64,000 bases of DNA, taken from NCBI GenBank assembly GCA_013239625.1, contig MU054220.1, positions 5,998,626 through 6,062,625 of the forward strand, given 5' to 3'. The notes under the pieces are model-generated. The model was not told the origin of the DNA, made no database searches, and saw only the letters and a program-made list of their open reading frames with translations. This document shows positions 1-13,649 of the stretch, in pieces. The position numbers and the translations under genes are program-made. Source of the DNA: Lama guanicoe (Eukaryota). The stretch's first letter is position 1. Each line of letters starts with the position of its first letter.

Positions 1-61
1 AATGTACATATAGAGAATACAAAAGAATTTTAATTTACATATTTGGCAGAAAGAGTATCAG

Positions 62-272
62 ACAGACAGTGGTTGAATTCTGACTTTGGATGGGCCAAGT
101 GTTTACCCTAACTGTGCCTCAGTTTTCTCACGAGTAAAGTAAGTGCAATAAAACCTACCATCACTTGATTTTGTTTATTTGTTCTGGTGAGGATTGGAGA
201 GCATTATCTGAAATACCCAGCACAGTATCTGCCATTTGTGAAGAGCTCAGTAATGAGCATCTGCTATTATTA
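62..272 (+). mobile_element. MIR SINE relic
   Basis: MIR core 'ctgtgcctcagttttctca' at ~112-130 and 3' end 'cccagcacagtatctgcc...gctcagtaatgagcatctgctattatt'. Confidence 0.65.
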
Positions 273-2574
273 CATTAAAGGGGTTTGATATGTTGACTCT
301 TTTATCCAGAGAGTCTGTCAAATTATCCCTGCATGTTTTATAGCCTCTACGTGTGATAGTGAGATGTTCTGATTTATCTGATGTTGAATCATTTAACAGA
401 AGGTACGTCCTAGACTCATAAATTTTGAAGTTGTAAATGTTCCAAGGAGAAAAAAAAAAGCTGTAGTTATTTCCACTTTGTACAGCAAGCAGCTGAGAGG
501 CAGAGGGGTTTCAGAATTTCAAATCAGTAAATTACAGAAGGAAGTCTCCCACTCTGATACATTTGCCCCCTGGTGTTGTGCCCTTCTGTCATATTATTGT
601 TATCATTTAGGGTTTTGTGTAGTTTGTCTATATGTTCAATAGAAGGCGCTGCAGGTGCATCAGAGTTAGGACAAAGGAGTTAGCATGCTAATAATCTCGA
701 TGAGTTAAAAAGAAGGTGAGCGTAGAGTATACAAACAATTCTAAAATAATGAAGACTTTGGTAAATGCCATAGGAGAGAGGTACCAGTAGAGTTGCACAC
801 AGATTCAAGTGTTTGTTGAAGACTTAGTGGAAGAGGAGCTATATCTAACAGCTTTAGAATGGGGGCCACTTAACTGTACTCATAGAAAATGAAAGGGAGA
901 GAGAATTCTGGGTAGAGAAGTTATGAGCAAGGGCACAAAGGTTGAGAAGAATGAAATATTAGAGCACAATAAATAGTCCAGTGGCGCTTAAGAAGCATGT
1001 TCTAGGCACTAATGAGTTCTTTATTAAGGAAATAAAAGAGGGAAGGAAGGAGGGAGCTAGGAAGGAAGGAGGAGAGAGTGGTGAGAATAAACGAGGGAAA
1101 CTGAAAAAATGGAAGGCAATGCCATGAGGGGTCTGAACTAATCAGGCTGAGGGTTTTGCAATGAATTCCACAGTGAAATGAATTTAACTGATGCTATATT
1201 CTCTCAAGAATTTATGCTGGCTTCTTTCTAGCAAATTCAGTTCAGATTTGGTGCTCGTAGGTATACAGAGCTGTGGACTCATTCACATGAACATCTGATT
1301 CTTGCTGCTCCTTCCTTGGGATGATAATCTGAAAGCAAAAGCAGAAGCAGTGTGTGCAGAGGGTCAGATAAATCATAGGTCCAGTCAGAACCCAAGCAAA
1401 ATAAACAGTGTTTCTGAAGCACAAGTCGTGACCAGAAAGAATGGATGAATTATTGCTCTGGCATTTCCTTTGTTATTTATGTTCAGAAATCAATCAACAA
1501 CTGAAAGAATGGAGTAATTTATAAGTCAGGTGCTGTCAAATACTTGTGGGTCTCAACTGGCATAACCTGTCCATGAATTCCTATGAAAATTGATGACAGT
1601 AGAAAATAACCTTATTACCAGCCTGACATTCATAATCTGGTTCATATGATCCTAACATGATATAAAAACATGAATTAACAATACAATAGCTACTGAAAAT
1701 GAAAGTGTCCATTGAGTGTATAAAACCTTTTCTCTTTCCTCACCACACCTTATTTAATAAAAATAGATGTTGGTGATGGAGCATTTATTATGGAAACAAG
1801 TTAACCAAAAAGACCTGTCAATTTGATGGAGGAGGTTATTTGTTCAACAAAATATCCAAGCACACGAGGCAATCTGGAAATCCAATAGGGAAAGCAGAGA
1901 CACCTCTGCTTCCCCATCTGCCTTCTTCACCAGAAATAAATGTCTGAAGAGCACTGATTAAAAGTATAGACACAGTTTTATGAACATATTTTGCTTCATC
2001 AGATTCAGAAGGACTAACGGGAGATTGGTCATCTCATGAGAGCAGAACTTAAACAAGGGTCTTGTTAGAAATAGCCAAGCAATTTATCTCCTTTCCCCTT
2101 TCCTCCCCTCTCTCTCTTCTGCTCTCTCTTCATCTTCATTTCAGATGTGGTTTCCCAAACCCATTTTAGCCAATGGACCCTCATTCCTGCAGATAGTATT
2201 TCAGGGCCAGAGCTACATTAACCAAACTAATAGAACTCTGATGAATAATGTATGCTAAGGAATCAATTTAATAATGAAGAAATGTAACAGACAGGCAGGG
2301 CAGCTGTTTCATATTAGTGTACCTTCTTCCTGGAAGCTACATATTAAGAAACATCCTCACTGGAAGGTATTTTGGTAAAGAATAATTGGATACAGATGAG
2401 TTAATTAGGCAATATCAATGGCTCATGGCACCAAGATGATTACTGATGAAATTATTTTCATTTCTTAGCTGAACCTGAAATGGCCATACTCAGAAGATCC
2501 TCTGTCCTAAATAATGTCAAAATAATGTCAGATCAGACTTTTGGACTTTTTTTTCAGGATGAGAAGCTCATGTG

Positions 2575-2930
2575 TTTCAAGCCATGTCCAAATTTCAGTA
2601 GCTTAAAACAACACAGGTTTATTTCTTATCCATGGCCCAAGTACACATGGAGTTGGACTTGTTTATTCTCTTCAGAGATCCAGGCTGACAAGAGCCTCCA
2701 CCTTCAGGAACCTCACCAGCCACTGTGCCAGGGAAGAGAAAATAAAGTGAATTGTGCACTAGCTTTTAACTGCTTGACTCTGGGAAGTGAAACACAAAGT
2801 TTTCTCTCATAGACCATTGGCTAAAGAAAGACAGATGGCCATGCCTGACTTCAAAGCACAGAACATTCTGAACATATTCTACACCTTAAAAAATTGGAAT
2901 ATTGTACATAACTCTAATGTCTCCCAAAAT
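2575..2930 (-). mobile_element. Old MaLR (MLT1-type) LTR fragment
   Basis: 'aatttcagtagcttaaaacaacacaggtttatttctt' and 'ccattggctaaagaaagacagatggccatgcctgacttcaaag' resemble antisense MLT1J/K/L LTRs. Confidence 0.55.
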
Positions 2931-3439
2931 ATATGAACAACTTCATACTCTTTGAGTTCAGCTTTTCTAGATATATTTCCCATCTGCATGTGAAGTTTTA
3001 CCTGCTGCCTGGAACATGGTTTTATTTATACTTGCTGACGATACACATTCAAATTCTCTTATGTTTTGTCATTTTAACTAAAATGTGTTTGTTCTCTAAA
3101 CCCAAAAATGTGTTCATTGCTAGGTGGAGGTTACTTCTTCAGAAAACTGAGCTCAATCGTTATTTGTTGAGTTTTTTTTTCAAATTCTCATTATTTAAGG
3201 GTCATCAGTCTGAATGCTGCTATTGCTCCCATGTACAAACACCTAGAATTATCACCTAAACACCCAGGATCAGTAACCAGGTGGTCTGGGTGTCATTGTT
3301 CTGCAAATCAATATCCACTGAGATTGTGGGATAACTATTTATTTATCAGTTGTGCCAAGTTCAGGTTAATTTCTCAGAAGGAAAAAAAAATTATTACCTA
3401 GCCATAGATAATACCTCCAATTTAAGAGACATTACGATG

Positions 3440-3675
3440 TGCTCAGTAAGGGCAGGGACTTCAGTGCCAGACAGCTCAGGATGGGAGTACAAGCTCTTTT
3501 CCTATCAGCTGGGCTGCTTACTATGTCAATTCATTTCCTTCATCTACAAAATGGGACAATAATACCCATTTTGAAGTTTAGTCATTACGTACATTACATT
3601 TGAAGTGTCCCAGCACCTCGGCTTAGTACTGTACTCGGCACAGTGCTTGGCACGTGGTAAGCGCTAAACCAACGT
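3440..3675 (+). mobile_element. MIR SINE relic
   Basis: 'tttccttcatctacaaaatgggacaataatacc' core and 'gcacagtgcttggcacgtggtaagcgctaaa' tail. Confidence 0.7.
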
Positions 3676-4419
3676 TTGTAGGGAGAACAGAGATGTTATT
3701 CTGAACAGGAAGCCTGCGTTTACCCACTTTGCCACTAGATGGTGAGTGGAGGTAAAGCAAAATATTTGCTCAGGTTTGATTTTATTTTTTCCAGTGTTCA
3801 AAACCGGGAGGAAATTATCCACAAAGCAAAGCACAGGTGTTTATGGCTGTTTGCTGGTTTTTATACTAGGTGAGCAAATTAGGCAAATGAGCAGTATCAA
3901 TAAGAAGGTTTCTACAGTATCTCACCTAAAAACGTGAGCCCTGATAGCTGGAGCAGAAGAGCTGTGTTATTTAATGTAATTGATCACAAATTACAAGGTT
4001 TGAGTCACAGCTGGTGCTAATTGACAATCTCCGTTCTCCGTTTTTTTTTTTTTAAATTTTGCTTTGTTTATTTTGTGTAAATGAAACAAAAACAAATCAG
4101 AAACTCTTAAAATTGCTTTTCCTCTTTATCACCCCACAGTCACTCCTACCACAAATATTTGCTTCTTGGATGGGGAGTAGGTTTACATGTCTGAATTTTC
4201 TCAGGAATTGGGGTTTTACCTGTACTTTTTTGCTTTGCTAAAACTTTTTATTTCATCCTCTTGGGTAATAAATTATAAAAGGAGACAATCTTTGAATTGC
4301 TTGCTTGTTTGTTTGTTTTTAATAAGGCCTGCAATCTTTCTCTCCTTCCTCCCTCCCTCCCTGCATCCCTCCCTCTCTCACTCCCTTGTTTCCTCCCTCC
4401 CTTTCTTCCTCTTTTATTC

Positions 4420-5050
4420 CTTGATCAAATCTTTCCTGAATGTCTTCTATGCATCAGAAACTGTTCTAAGGACTGGGAATGCAGCACAAATATTCTACCC
4501 TCAAAGGAGTGGGAAGATAGATCATAAATTAAATACAGAAAATAAGAGGTGGCAGGTGGCAACTAGAATGTCTCTATTTTACATCTGTTGGTCCAAGAAA
4601 TTGATGTCTTAAAAAGAGAGTTAAGTCATATAAGTGAAGCCATAGAACAAGCCCTGGGAGAGTCTGAGAAAGAGTATTCTAGGCACAGGCAAAAATAAGC
4701 ATCATTACTCTGAGCAGGAACTTGTTTGATAGGCAGGAGTCCAGTTTGACTGATTTTAGTGAGAGGAGGAATGGAGGTAAGACATCGACATCAGAGGAGT
4801 AACCAAGACCCAGGAGGCAAGTTGGGTAGGATTTCGTGGACCATGGAAAAAGTTTGGATTTTATTATGAATGTGAAGTAAAGTTGCCAGTGGGTTTTGAG
4901 TAGATGAGTGGCATAATCTGGCTTACTCTTTAAAAGAACCACATCAGCTGCTGTATAGAAAAGAGACATTACAGAGAGCAAAAAGGAAAGCAGCGAGACC
5001 AATCAGGATATGACTTGTCTTATCCAGGCAGGGAAGGTTGATGGCATGGG
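4420..5050 (-). mobile_element. L2 LINE 3' fragment
   Basis: Antisense L2 3' end 'gaatgtcttctatgcatcagaaactgttctaaggactgggaatgcagca' followed by 'tttggattttattatgaatgtgaag...ggttttgagtagatgagtggcataatctggcttactcttaaaag'. Confidence 0.7.
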
Positions 5051-8000
5051 GTGGAGTGATGTCTGTGGAGGGAGTAAGGATGCACTGGGTCATGAGATCC
5101 ACTTTGCTAGTCAAAGAAAGATACGCTATAGGACCTGAGACAGGGGCAGTCATTCTGTCACATGACCTTCCTTGGCAGAATGAACTGTGTAAGAACTCTG
5201 CTGAGCAAATCATCAATTCAAAAGGAATCCTTTGATCTTTCTTCTGCACTTCTGTCTGCCTAAGAGAATATATGTTGAGTGATTTGGGTTTTTGTAGAAG
5301 TTCCAAAGAGTTAAATCCAGGCTTCCCCAGTCATCACAGGAGATGGTATTCTCCAGCACAGAAGGTAGCTTCATCTCCAGAGGACAAAGGATAGTAACCT
5401 CCCACACATTTCACTCTCAGTAAACAACTAATGGTAAGCACCCACTATTAGGATGTCCGTTCCTGCAGATCCAGGGGCTGGGGATATACAGCATTGTCTA
5501 AAGGCTTTAAAATGATCAACTAGTGGTATCTGCTGCTCTGGTTAATGTGAGTCCTTCCATTGCTGATTCTCCACAGATAAAACCCCACACTCTTGAGGGA
5601 GGTAGAAATTAAATCTTCATATAAATTATGCGTGATCTGAGACTGCATTCTGCTGTGATCCCACCCAGGCTGCCGATAAATAAACAGTTATAAAGCGTGG
5701 ACTCTGTCGGAGACTCAGAGTTCTAGTGCCTGCATCTACTCTCTGTTCTCTCCTTTCCGTTTTATTTCTCTCTTGAGTTCTTCAAAAGACAAGAATCCCT
5801 ATTGGGTTATTTTTGTCTCCATTCTTTTCTTTTTAGAAGTTAACAATTCATGCAAAATAGGCTCTATTTTTTTTCCCAAGTATTTAGAAGGACAATGAAC
5901 CTTGATTTTTAAAAACTGCCTTGAGTGTTTGCTTCTTTCCTATTAGTCTGGACAGATTTCATCGGTAACTATAAAATAAAAATGCCAACTTTTCCTGGCT
6001 CTAGACAAGTGTGCATCTGAAAAGCATTCCCCAGGCCTTGGAATTATCTCTGAAGCACTAGGAACGCATGGTCGTTAGATTTGTATGCAACAGGGTTAAA
6101 TCCCAGGTATTTCTCTAGGGACCCTCTCTAGGATTCCCTTTATTCCTCTTTGCCATCTACTGATTCCCCTCTCGTTCCTGCTCATTCTCACTCTCATCTA
6201 AGTCAAGGATAGCAGCTTCAGCCTTGCCCAGGCTCTGACTCTTGCCATCAGTCTGGGTGACTTTCCATTAGTGTGTTGGAACGCTTCCAGCACCCTAACA
6301 TCTTATGTCATTCAACTTTCAATGCCCCATGTTGAAAAAACAATGCTACCTGTGAAACACCATTGAGTATGAAAAGAATCCATCTGCTAGAATTCCTAAA
6401 ATGTAGAAATACATTAGGTAGATATTGTTTTCATTTTACAAAAAGAAAAATGGAAGATTCTGATCATCTTGGCTAAGTCATAAAAGCTAATCTACATTTC
6501 CAGTGAGAATGAGAATGATGGTTTAGATTAGTTCAAGGTTGCTTTGACTTCAGTTTACCATGGAAGTAAGAAAGAGCACAAAGGACATAAATGAGTTCAG
6601 TGGAGGTGGTTCTCCAGTGGAGGAACCTTCCTGGCTCCTCACAAAGGGGCACTTGGAGTTCAGTTGTCAAGGCAGACTGACAGAGCGGGTGACTGCTTCT
6701 TCAGGAGGCCAGAGAATTGGATTCAGTTTTCTAAACCACTTGGCTGTCTTAGGGGCTACAACAATGCTCAAGGGTCCACACTGATACCCTAAAATGCATT
6801 CTCCCTGGTGCATAGTTGCATATATCTGCATAGACCTGGCCTTCTACATCATTTCATAAACTTTCAAACTGTAATAAAGACATTAGGCAACAACCTACGA
6901 TAAATTATTTTAAAATGCTCATAAACTATCAGTATTATAAAGCATCATGAAGTTGCCCCATCAGACCACTTTCAGTTGTTCCATGGAAGCCATCATGTTT
7001 AGCAGTCAGTGCCTCGTTAATAGGCAGTGCTTACTAATAGTTTTACTAAAACATGAGAAAATTCAGCCAAAATAAAACTTTATCTTCATTTCTGAAAAAA
7101 TTGCTATCTTGACCTGATGGTCATAAAGACTCATTATTTCACAAAGACATTTAGAATTTTCCAGATATCCATGGGGTGAGGGCTGATGCCTGTAATAGTT
7201 GGACTTGCAATCCAACATTTTCCAAAGGATATTTATAAAACATGCTCCAAAAAATGAACAAGTAGATACACAGAAATTTTTATTGCTTTAACACTTGCTT
7301 CAATTTTCAGTTTTTAAAAGTTTTTTTAGATTGTTTTGCTTATCCATTTTTTTCTCCTCCCCACTCTAGATTATAAGCCCTGTGAAGCTAAGAGAAGTGT
7401 CAGTTTTCTTCATTGTTCATTGCAAGTTCCTAAAATGCCACATAGCTTACAGAAGGTTGTTAAAAACAGTTGTTTAAATAGGTGAGTAAATTTTGATTTA
7501 GACAGAGAGAAGGAAATTGTTGAGTAATTTAATATGATAACGTGCCTTCAAAATCTAGAAGAATACGTATAATAGATAATACTTGTCTGAGTGTCCATTG
7601 TCTGATATGATTGCTTATAAACAGAGATGATGTAAAGATTTGTATTTTTGTAATATTCAGAGGCTCCAGTAAATTAAATGCATGATCAAACTGTGAAGAA
7701 GAATGAAAATTGAAAAGAGCTGATGAAGTGGTACCAAGGGAAAAAAACCATGCAAACAGCTATTTTGGCTAAGTGGCTCCAATAATGACGCAGTTCTCTC
7801 AAAAAGGTAGCAACAGAATAGATTTATTCATTCAGCCACTACTAATCAAATCCCTGTTATTGACCAGACATCTTTCTAGGACCTGGAACCACCTAGATAA
7901 AAATCCAGACTTCCTACTCTCAAGAAACATATGTTTTTGAAGTAGGAAAACAAAGAGAGAAACTTCTGGGTTAAGTGAGAAAATTTTTCTAATAAAGGTT

Positions 8001-9874
8001 TGGAATAAGAATGCATGCAATTGAAATGGGAAAAAATAGTAAAATACTACAAAAAAAACCCCTCTAAAATCTCATTAACATATGTTAACAAGTAAGGTCA
8101 AGAGAAAGATGATTATAAACAAAAATCTATATGAAAAGTTTTGAGAACAGATAATTCTTTTAAAGGAAATACAGAGTGAAATGATACGTGTAAGAACAAG
8201 TTACACTCTTGGTCTAATTACGTCATCTTGGACAAGTTAGTTCATCTTCTTCATCTGCAAAACTAGACATTAGACTAGATCATTTTCTAAGATTTCTCAG
8301 AATTCTTGCAGTCATTATTATAACCAGTACTTTTACAAACTCGTATGGAAAATTCAAGTAATAAACTAAGGTTAATTTATGTTTGATTTACTCTTTGTCT
8401 TCAGAGATTTTTCCATAATAAACAAAAAAGTTTTCATCTTTAAGTTGGTCAATTTGTGTATTTGGGTAGTTTGACAATTTAATTGTTACTGATCCTTTAT
8501 TATATACCAGATTGGCAAGTAGGAATACAAGCATAATCGCCGGCCATGTCTGACACCTCCTTTTTTAACACCTCCCATGGATGTAGGTAGAAATAGCCCT
8601 GACTTCACATATGAGAAAGAGAACAACGGGACAGAATGTCAATGCCTACTATCAGTTGTATCCTATGAAAATCCCATAAAATGTTTCAATTTTACAAGAG
8701 AAAAATACAAAGCAGGTTGAAGAATTACATGCATCTCCCCATAAAAGAATGATGGCCACCATAATTGAATATGGACAAGACAGATGGGCACAGCAACCAA
8801 CTTTCTGATGAAATAGTTAATGGGATGATTCCTTAATAGAAAGAATTGCTGATCTGAATTTTTAAACTCCACTGAGGAAGGGAGTGAAGCTAAAGCTAAA
8901 AGGACTTAGAATGATTAAGAGGGAAAATGTAATAATTTAGGAGAACAAAATTGTGACTGTTCTCTTCCCTTTTTCTCTCTAAGATTATTTTTCTGTCCTC
9001 TTTTCCTGTCTTACGTTCAAGAGAAATGTTTAAATCATGACAAACAGAAAGTGGAAATTCTTTGTGTGTCTAGTTTCCAGGATAATTTTAAACATGCTTT
9101 CCACTCTTTTATAAATGCTAAATCGTATTGAATGCTGATTCTGGAAGAAACCAAAGTGAATTTCACTTCATTTCCTTTCAATATCATTCTTTTCCTTTTG
9201 AATTTTCTTCCTTAAAAAAAAAAACCTTTCTAGACTTTTCTTTCCCATGTACAGAACAATTTTGTTGCTTCCCACCCTAAGTCAGTCTCACCCTTACCCT
9301 CCTATCAAGGTTTGTCCAATCTCTCTAGGACCTAGACCTCTCACCGTTCAAAGTCATGTCAGCTTTCCTCCTCTGCACGAATTACTGAGCCTGGAACTTT
9401 CAGTCATCATCACCTACAGACCTCTGGAATAAGATGCTTTACGATTGATGGTCTTCAGAATGAGCAGGCCATTGTGGATAATTGGTTAGCAGGCTGCCTT
9501 AGAGTTGGAGTGCATATCTTGATATTTGTGCCATAAATTTATTATGCTGTCATACCTGTCTTCCATTTATCTGGATCTCTTGACTTCAGTGTGTTATGAT
9601 AAAAAGTGTAAGAATCCTTACAGCAACATAGCTATAATATGGAAATTTGTGTGGCTGCAAGATTCAGCGTCAGAATAGAAAAGGCAATTGGGTACAATGT
9701 ATTTGCGTGGAATTTACTAAGAATTAGGCAAATGTATCCATGCTTTCTTTCTTAAGAATTGGGGGGGTTGGAGTTATAGGCTCTTCAAATTAAGCAATAC
9801 TAGTGTTTTCTATTTTACATTTTCTTTATAATTACCCTGTGTGTGTGTTGAGAACACTTTAGATGTACTCAGCA

Positions 9875-10150
9875 CATTGCTCTTGGTGGGAATGGAAATT
9901 GTTAGAGCCATTATGGAAAACAGTATGGTGGTCCCTCAAAAAATTAAAAACAGAACTACCATAAGATCCCAGCAATCCCACTTCTGGGTATATATCCAAA
10001 GGAAATGAAATCAGTATCTTGAAGAGCTATCTGAACTCTCATGTTCATTGCAGCATTATTTACAAATAGCATTTACAACAGAAACAATTTAAATGTTCAT
10101 CGACAAATGAATGGACAAAGAAAAAGTGATACACACACATGGAAATTTTA
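9875..10150 (+). mobile_element. L1 (L1MA-like) ORF2 C-terminal fragment
   Basis: 'ggtgggaatggaaattgttagagccattatggaaaacagtatgg...gatcccagcaatcccacttctgggtatatatccaaaggaaatgaaatcagtat' is typical of the end of L1 ORF2. Confidence 0.85.
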
Positions 10151-10509
10151 CATTTTCTTTAATAATAAATAGATCTATCTAGTGGTAGCTGTATGTAAGA
10201 CATGACTCTTCCATTTGCATGTGACAGAAATTTAGTTCACACTGGTATACAAAAAAGAATAATTTAAAGAAATTTCTAAAGTCTAAAGCTTGACTCTGAT
10301 TTTCTCTGTAATTCTTACACACTTTCTTCTAAAATGTTAGCCAAGGCAGCTGCAAAGTTCTTATTATTGACAGTATTATTATTATGTAAGTTCTTTTTAT
10401 TGCCCAGCTTGAGTCTCATGCCAGAGAGTGCAATTCACATAGACAACAATGTGACTGGCACAGCTTGGCACTATCTCATGTACTGGTCTGTTCCCTTACC
10501 TCTTTCAGG

Positions 10510-10820
10510 TCCATAGTTAAATACCAAGAGTTCAGCAAAGCCTTCCTGAGTACTTTATAAACTTATGTAACAGTGCCGTTGCCAACACTCTCCATCCACG
10601 TCCCTTTCTCTATACTGTTCTCTACAGAATTTACCACTATGTGGCACACTGCATATTTTATGTCTTAGTTTGTGCATGTTCTGCTGCCTTGAAATGTAAA
10701 CTCCATGAAAAAATTCCTGCCTATTCCCCTACCCCCCATTTTGTTTATTGCTGTATCCCAAGCACCTGAGATGATGCCTGATACTTTGTCACCAATAAAT
10801 ATGTGCCAAATGAATGAACT
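10510..10820 (+). mobile_element. L2 LINE 3' end
   Basis: 'gaaatgtaaactccatga...ttgtttattgctgtatcccaagcacctgag...caataaatatgtgccaaatgaatgaa' is the L2 3' terminus. Confidence 0.7.
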
Positions 10821-10876
10821 GATGAGTGGATTCTGAAGAAACAGTTTGGTACTATTAACAAAAGAAGGAGGACTGG

Positions 10877-11520
10877 TTCCTGTATATTAATTTTATATCC
10901 TGCAACTTTACCAAATTCATTGATAAGTTTCTATACAATAGTAATAAGCTATCAGAAAGAGAAATGAAGAAGACAATTCCATCTAAAACCACACCCCCTT
11001 CTCCAAAAACAAACAAACAAAAAAAACCCTAAGAATAAATCTAAGGAGGTAAAAGACTTGTACTTGGAAAACTATAAGACTCTGATAAAAGAAATTGAAG
11101 ACAATACAAACAAATGGAAAGACATACCATGTTCATGGATTAAATGAATTGATATTGTTAAAATGACCATGTTGTCCAAGGCAATCTACAGATTCAACAC
11201 AATCCCTAACCAAAATACCAATGGCATTTTTCCTAGAACAAATAATTCTAAAATTTGTATCAAAATACAAAAGACCTTGAATAACCAAAACAATCTTGAG
11301 AAAGAAGAACAAAGCTGGAGGTACCACCACTTTGAATTCAAACTATACTACAAAGCTACAGTAACCAAAACAGTATGGTACTGACACAAAAACAGACACA
11401 TAGATCAATGGAACAGAATAGACAGCCCAGCAATAAACCCATGCTTATATAGTCAATTAATCTACCACAAAGGAGGCAAGAGTAAAGAACAGGGAAAATA
11501 TAGCCTCTTCAATAAATAAT
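10877..11520 (+). mobile_element. L1 ORF2 fragment with a short inverted 5' segment
   Basis: ORF 11163-11384 (MTMLSKAIYRFNTIP...FKLYYKATVTKTVWY) is recognisable L1 ORF2p. Positions 10877-10929 are the reverse complement of the L1 sequence just upstream of the sense part. Confidence 0.9.
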
Positions 11521-13649
11521 GTACCAATCCAGCCCACTTAGCACTAGTCTAAAGAATAGCTCCTCAAAGACAGGTTCAGTTAGTTCTCACAATGGTATTT
11601 TACATGGCAAGAATTTTATTCCAGCACCTAAGGGCTTAACTTAAGGAGAGATACACATTGGCATCTTCTTTTTCAGTAAAAAACAGAATTAATTTATAAT
11701 TATTTTTAAGCTCTCCCCCAAAGGTCCAAAGTATATTAATCAGTGAATAAATCACTTGACCAAATTCACACATGCATATGAATCATTCCATTACCTTCTG
11801 CTCATCTTTGGAGACGAGGCTGTTCTTTTCTTTCCACTTCAACCACATTCTCTCTTTTCACCAATGTCTTTAAAAATAAAAAGAACTATGTAAAAATAAC
11901 AAGGGGGACCCATTAGTGAGAATTTGCTATACCTCTGGTATTTTTTAAATGCTTTAAATAAGTGAACTCCTTTCATCCTCATGAAGACCCTTTGAAGGAA
12001 ATATGATTATTAGCTGCATTTCATAGATAGAATACATGGAACAAAAATGAAGGTGTTAAATGGCCGGCCATCTACACAATTAGCAAGAGTGGGGAATTAC
12101 TTAATAAATATTTCCTTCAACTCTGTCTGGGAGAGCCAAATCTAATCTTCAAAGCTATGTTCCTATTTATAGTCATTTATTTAATCTTCTAGCATTTATT
12201 TAGATACTATTAGGTATTATACACTCTACTGGGCATTTGGAATCCAACACGAATAAAACATCCATATTCCAGCCAAGAGTGACATTTACTTATGGACATT
12301 ATCATCTAATCTGAAATACTTTAAATGTTCAAAATGTCCATTTTGTTTCCTCTTCTATTTAGTTTAATTCTGAAAAGCAATCACCATTTTATGATCTTCC
12401 TAAGTGCCTATAGAAGATAACCCTTCCATGTACTAATTAAAAAGTCCCCATTGCCCCAAACTCCTTTCTTTAATTTTCAAGGTGAAAATATTTGTATGTG
12501 GTTAGAAATCCATTGAGTATAAAAAATACATATAATGTAATCTATGTATGTTTCTCTCTCATATTTTTCTCCCAGTCTCCCTCTGGCCAAAGATGTCTGC
12601 TTTTCCTTAGTTCTACCAGATGGTTGTATGTCTGTATACATATGTATGTTTGTACACGGAAATTATGTTTTAGTTGTTCTGATGACTTGTATTACATTTT
12701 GCTCATTTCCAAGTACATTTAATTGTAGCCTTTTTCAACGAAGTAAGTCAACCCAAATAAGCTAGATGGAATAGGGATGTCAATTTATTTCAGAGAAGAT
12801 GTGCCAGTCACTCTGAAAAAGAAGAAAAGGGCAAGGGATTGAGTGTGTGACAGTCAGCAGTACAATGGAGCATGGTATTGAAGCTATGCATGAGAGGAAG
12901 TGAGGACTTATTGGAGAGACAGTTAACATTTAGGATGAGCAATGGAGTACAGATTCCAGTAAGTGTGAAGACACTGATGCTATGGTAGGAGAAAAAACAT
13001 ATTAGAAAGATGCAAGTGATACTCAGAGTGGAAGACTTAAAATGGAAATGATGGAGATGGGTCAGTGATTGGCAAAAACAAGGAATTGAGTATCTCAGGT
13101 AAGGGAAGTATAAGAATGTTGGAGAGGTTGAAGAGGAGATCAAAGCATGAGAGCATAGGACTCTGAAAGAAGCATGCATTTGAATATTGAGAACTCCAGG
13201 AATAATGACAGCAATACTAGTGAAGAGAGAGATACTGAAATATATTTATTGTGGTCTTACCTTATTCTGTGTTTTGGGGAGAAAGAATGGAGGTCCTAAC
13301 AAAATAAACAAAGATAAAATATCTCTCCTTATGGTCCTCCCCATCTTGTCCTCTGCTGGCTCTTCCTGGGGAGACACAGAAAGGTGGGCCTCAGCTGTGA
13401 TGGGAAAAAACTTTTTTCAAAATGGATTCCTATGAATGGCTCTTCATATGATCTAAGCAACTAATGGGCATCTTTATTAACTCTTAGTTCTCTGCAATTA
13501 TTCATTTCTTCTTATTAATTAAAAAGTATAAGCATACTTCATTTTCAATCACATAAATATTTGATTCCTGGATATTAAATCCCAAAGTATACTCTACTCA
13601 GAGTTTTATTAGCTCTTCTGTCAAAAACCAATTCTGGTTGGAGGAATGG

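Noticed and set aside
9805..9875. Possible second L1 inversion junction
   Set aside because: The antisense 3'UTR-like piece is too short and too distant on the consensus from the sense piece to call with confidence.
11163..11384. ORF with recognisable protein similarity
   Set aside because: It is a fragment of L1 ORF2p, not a host gene.
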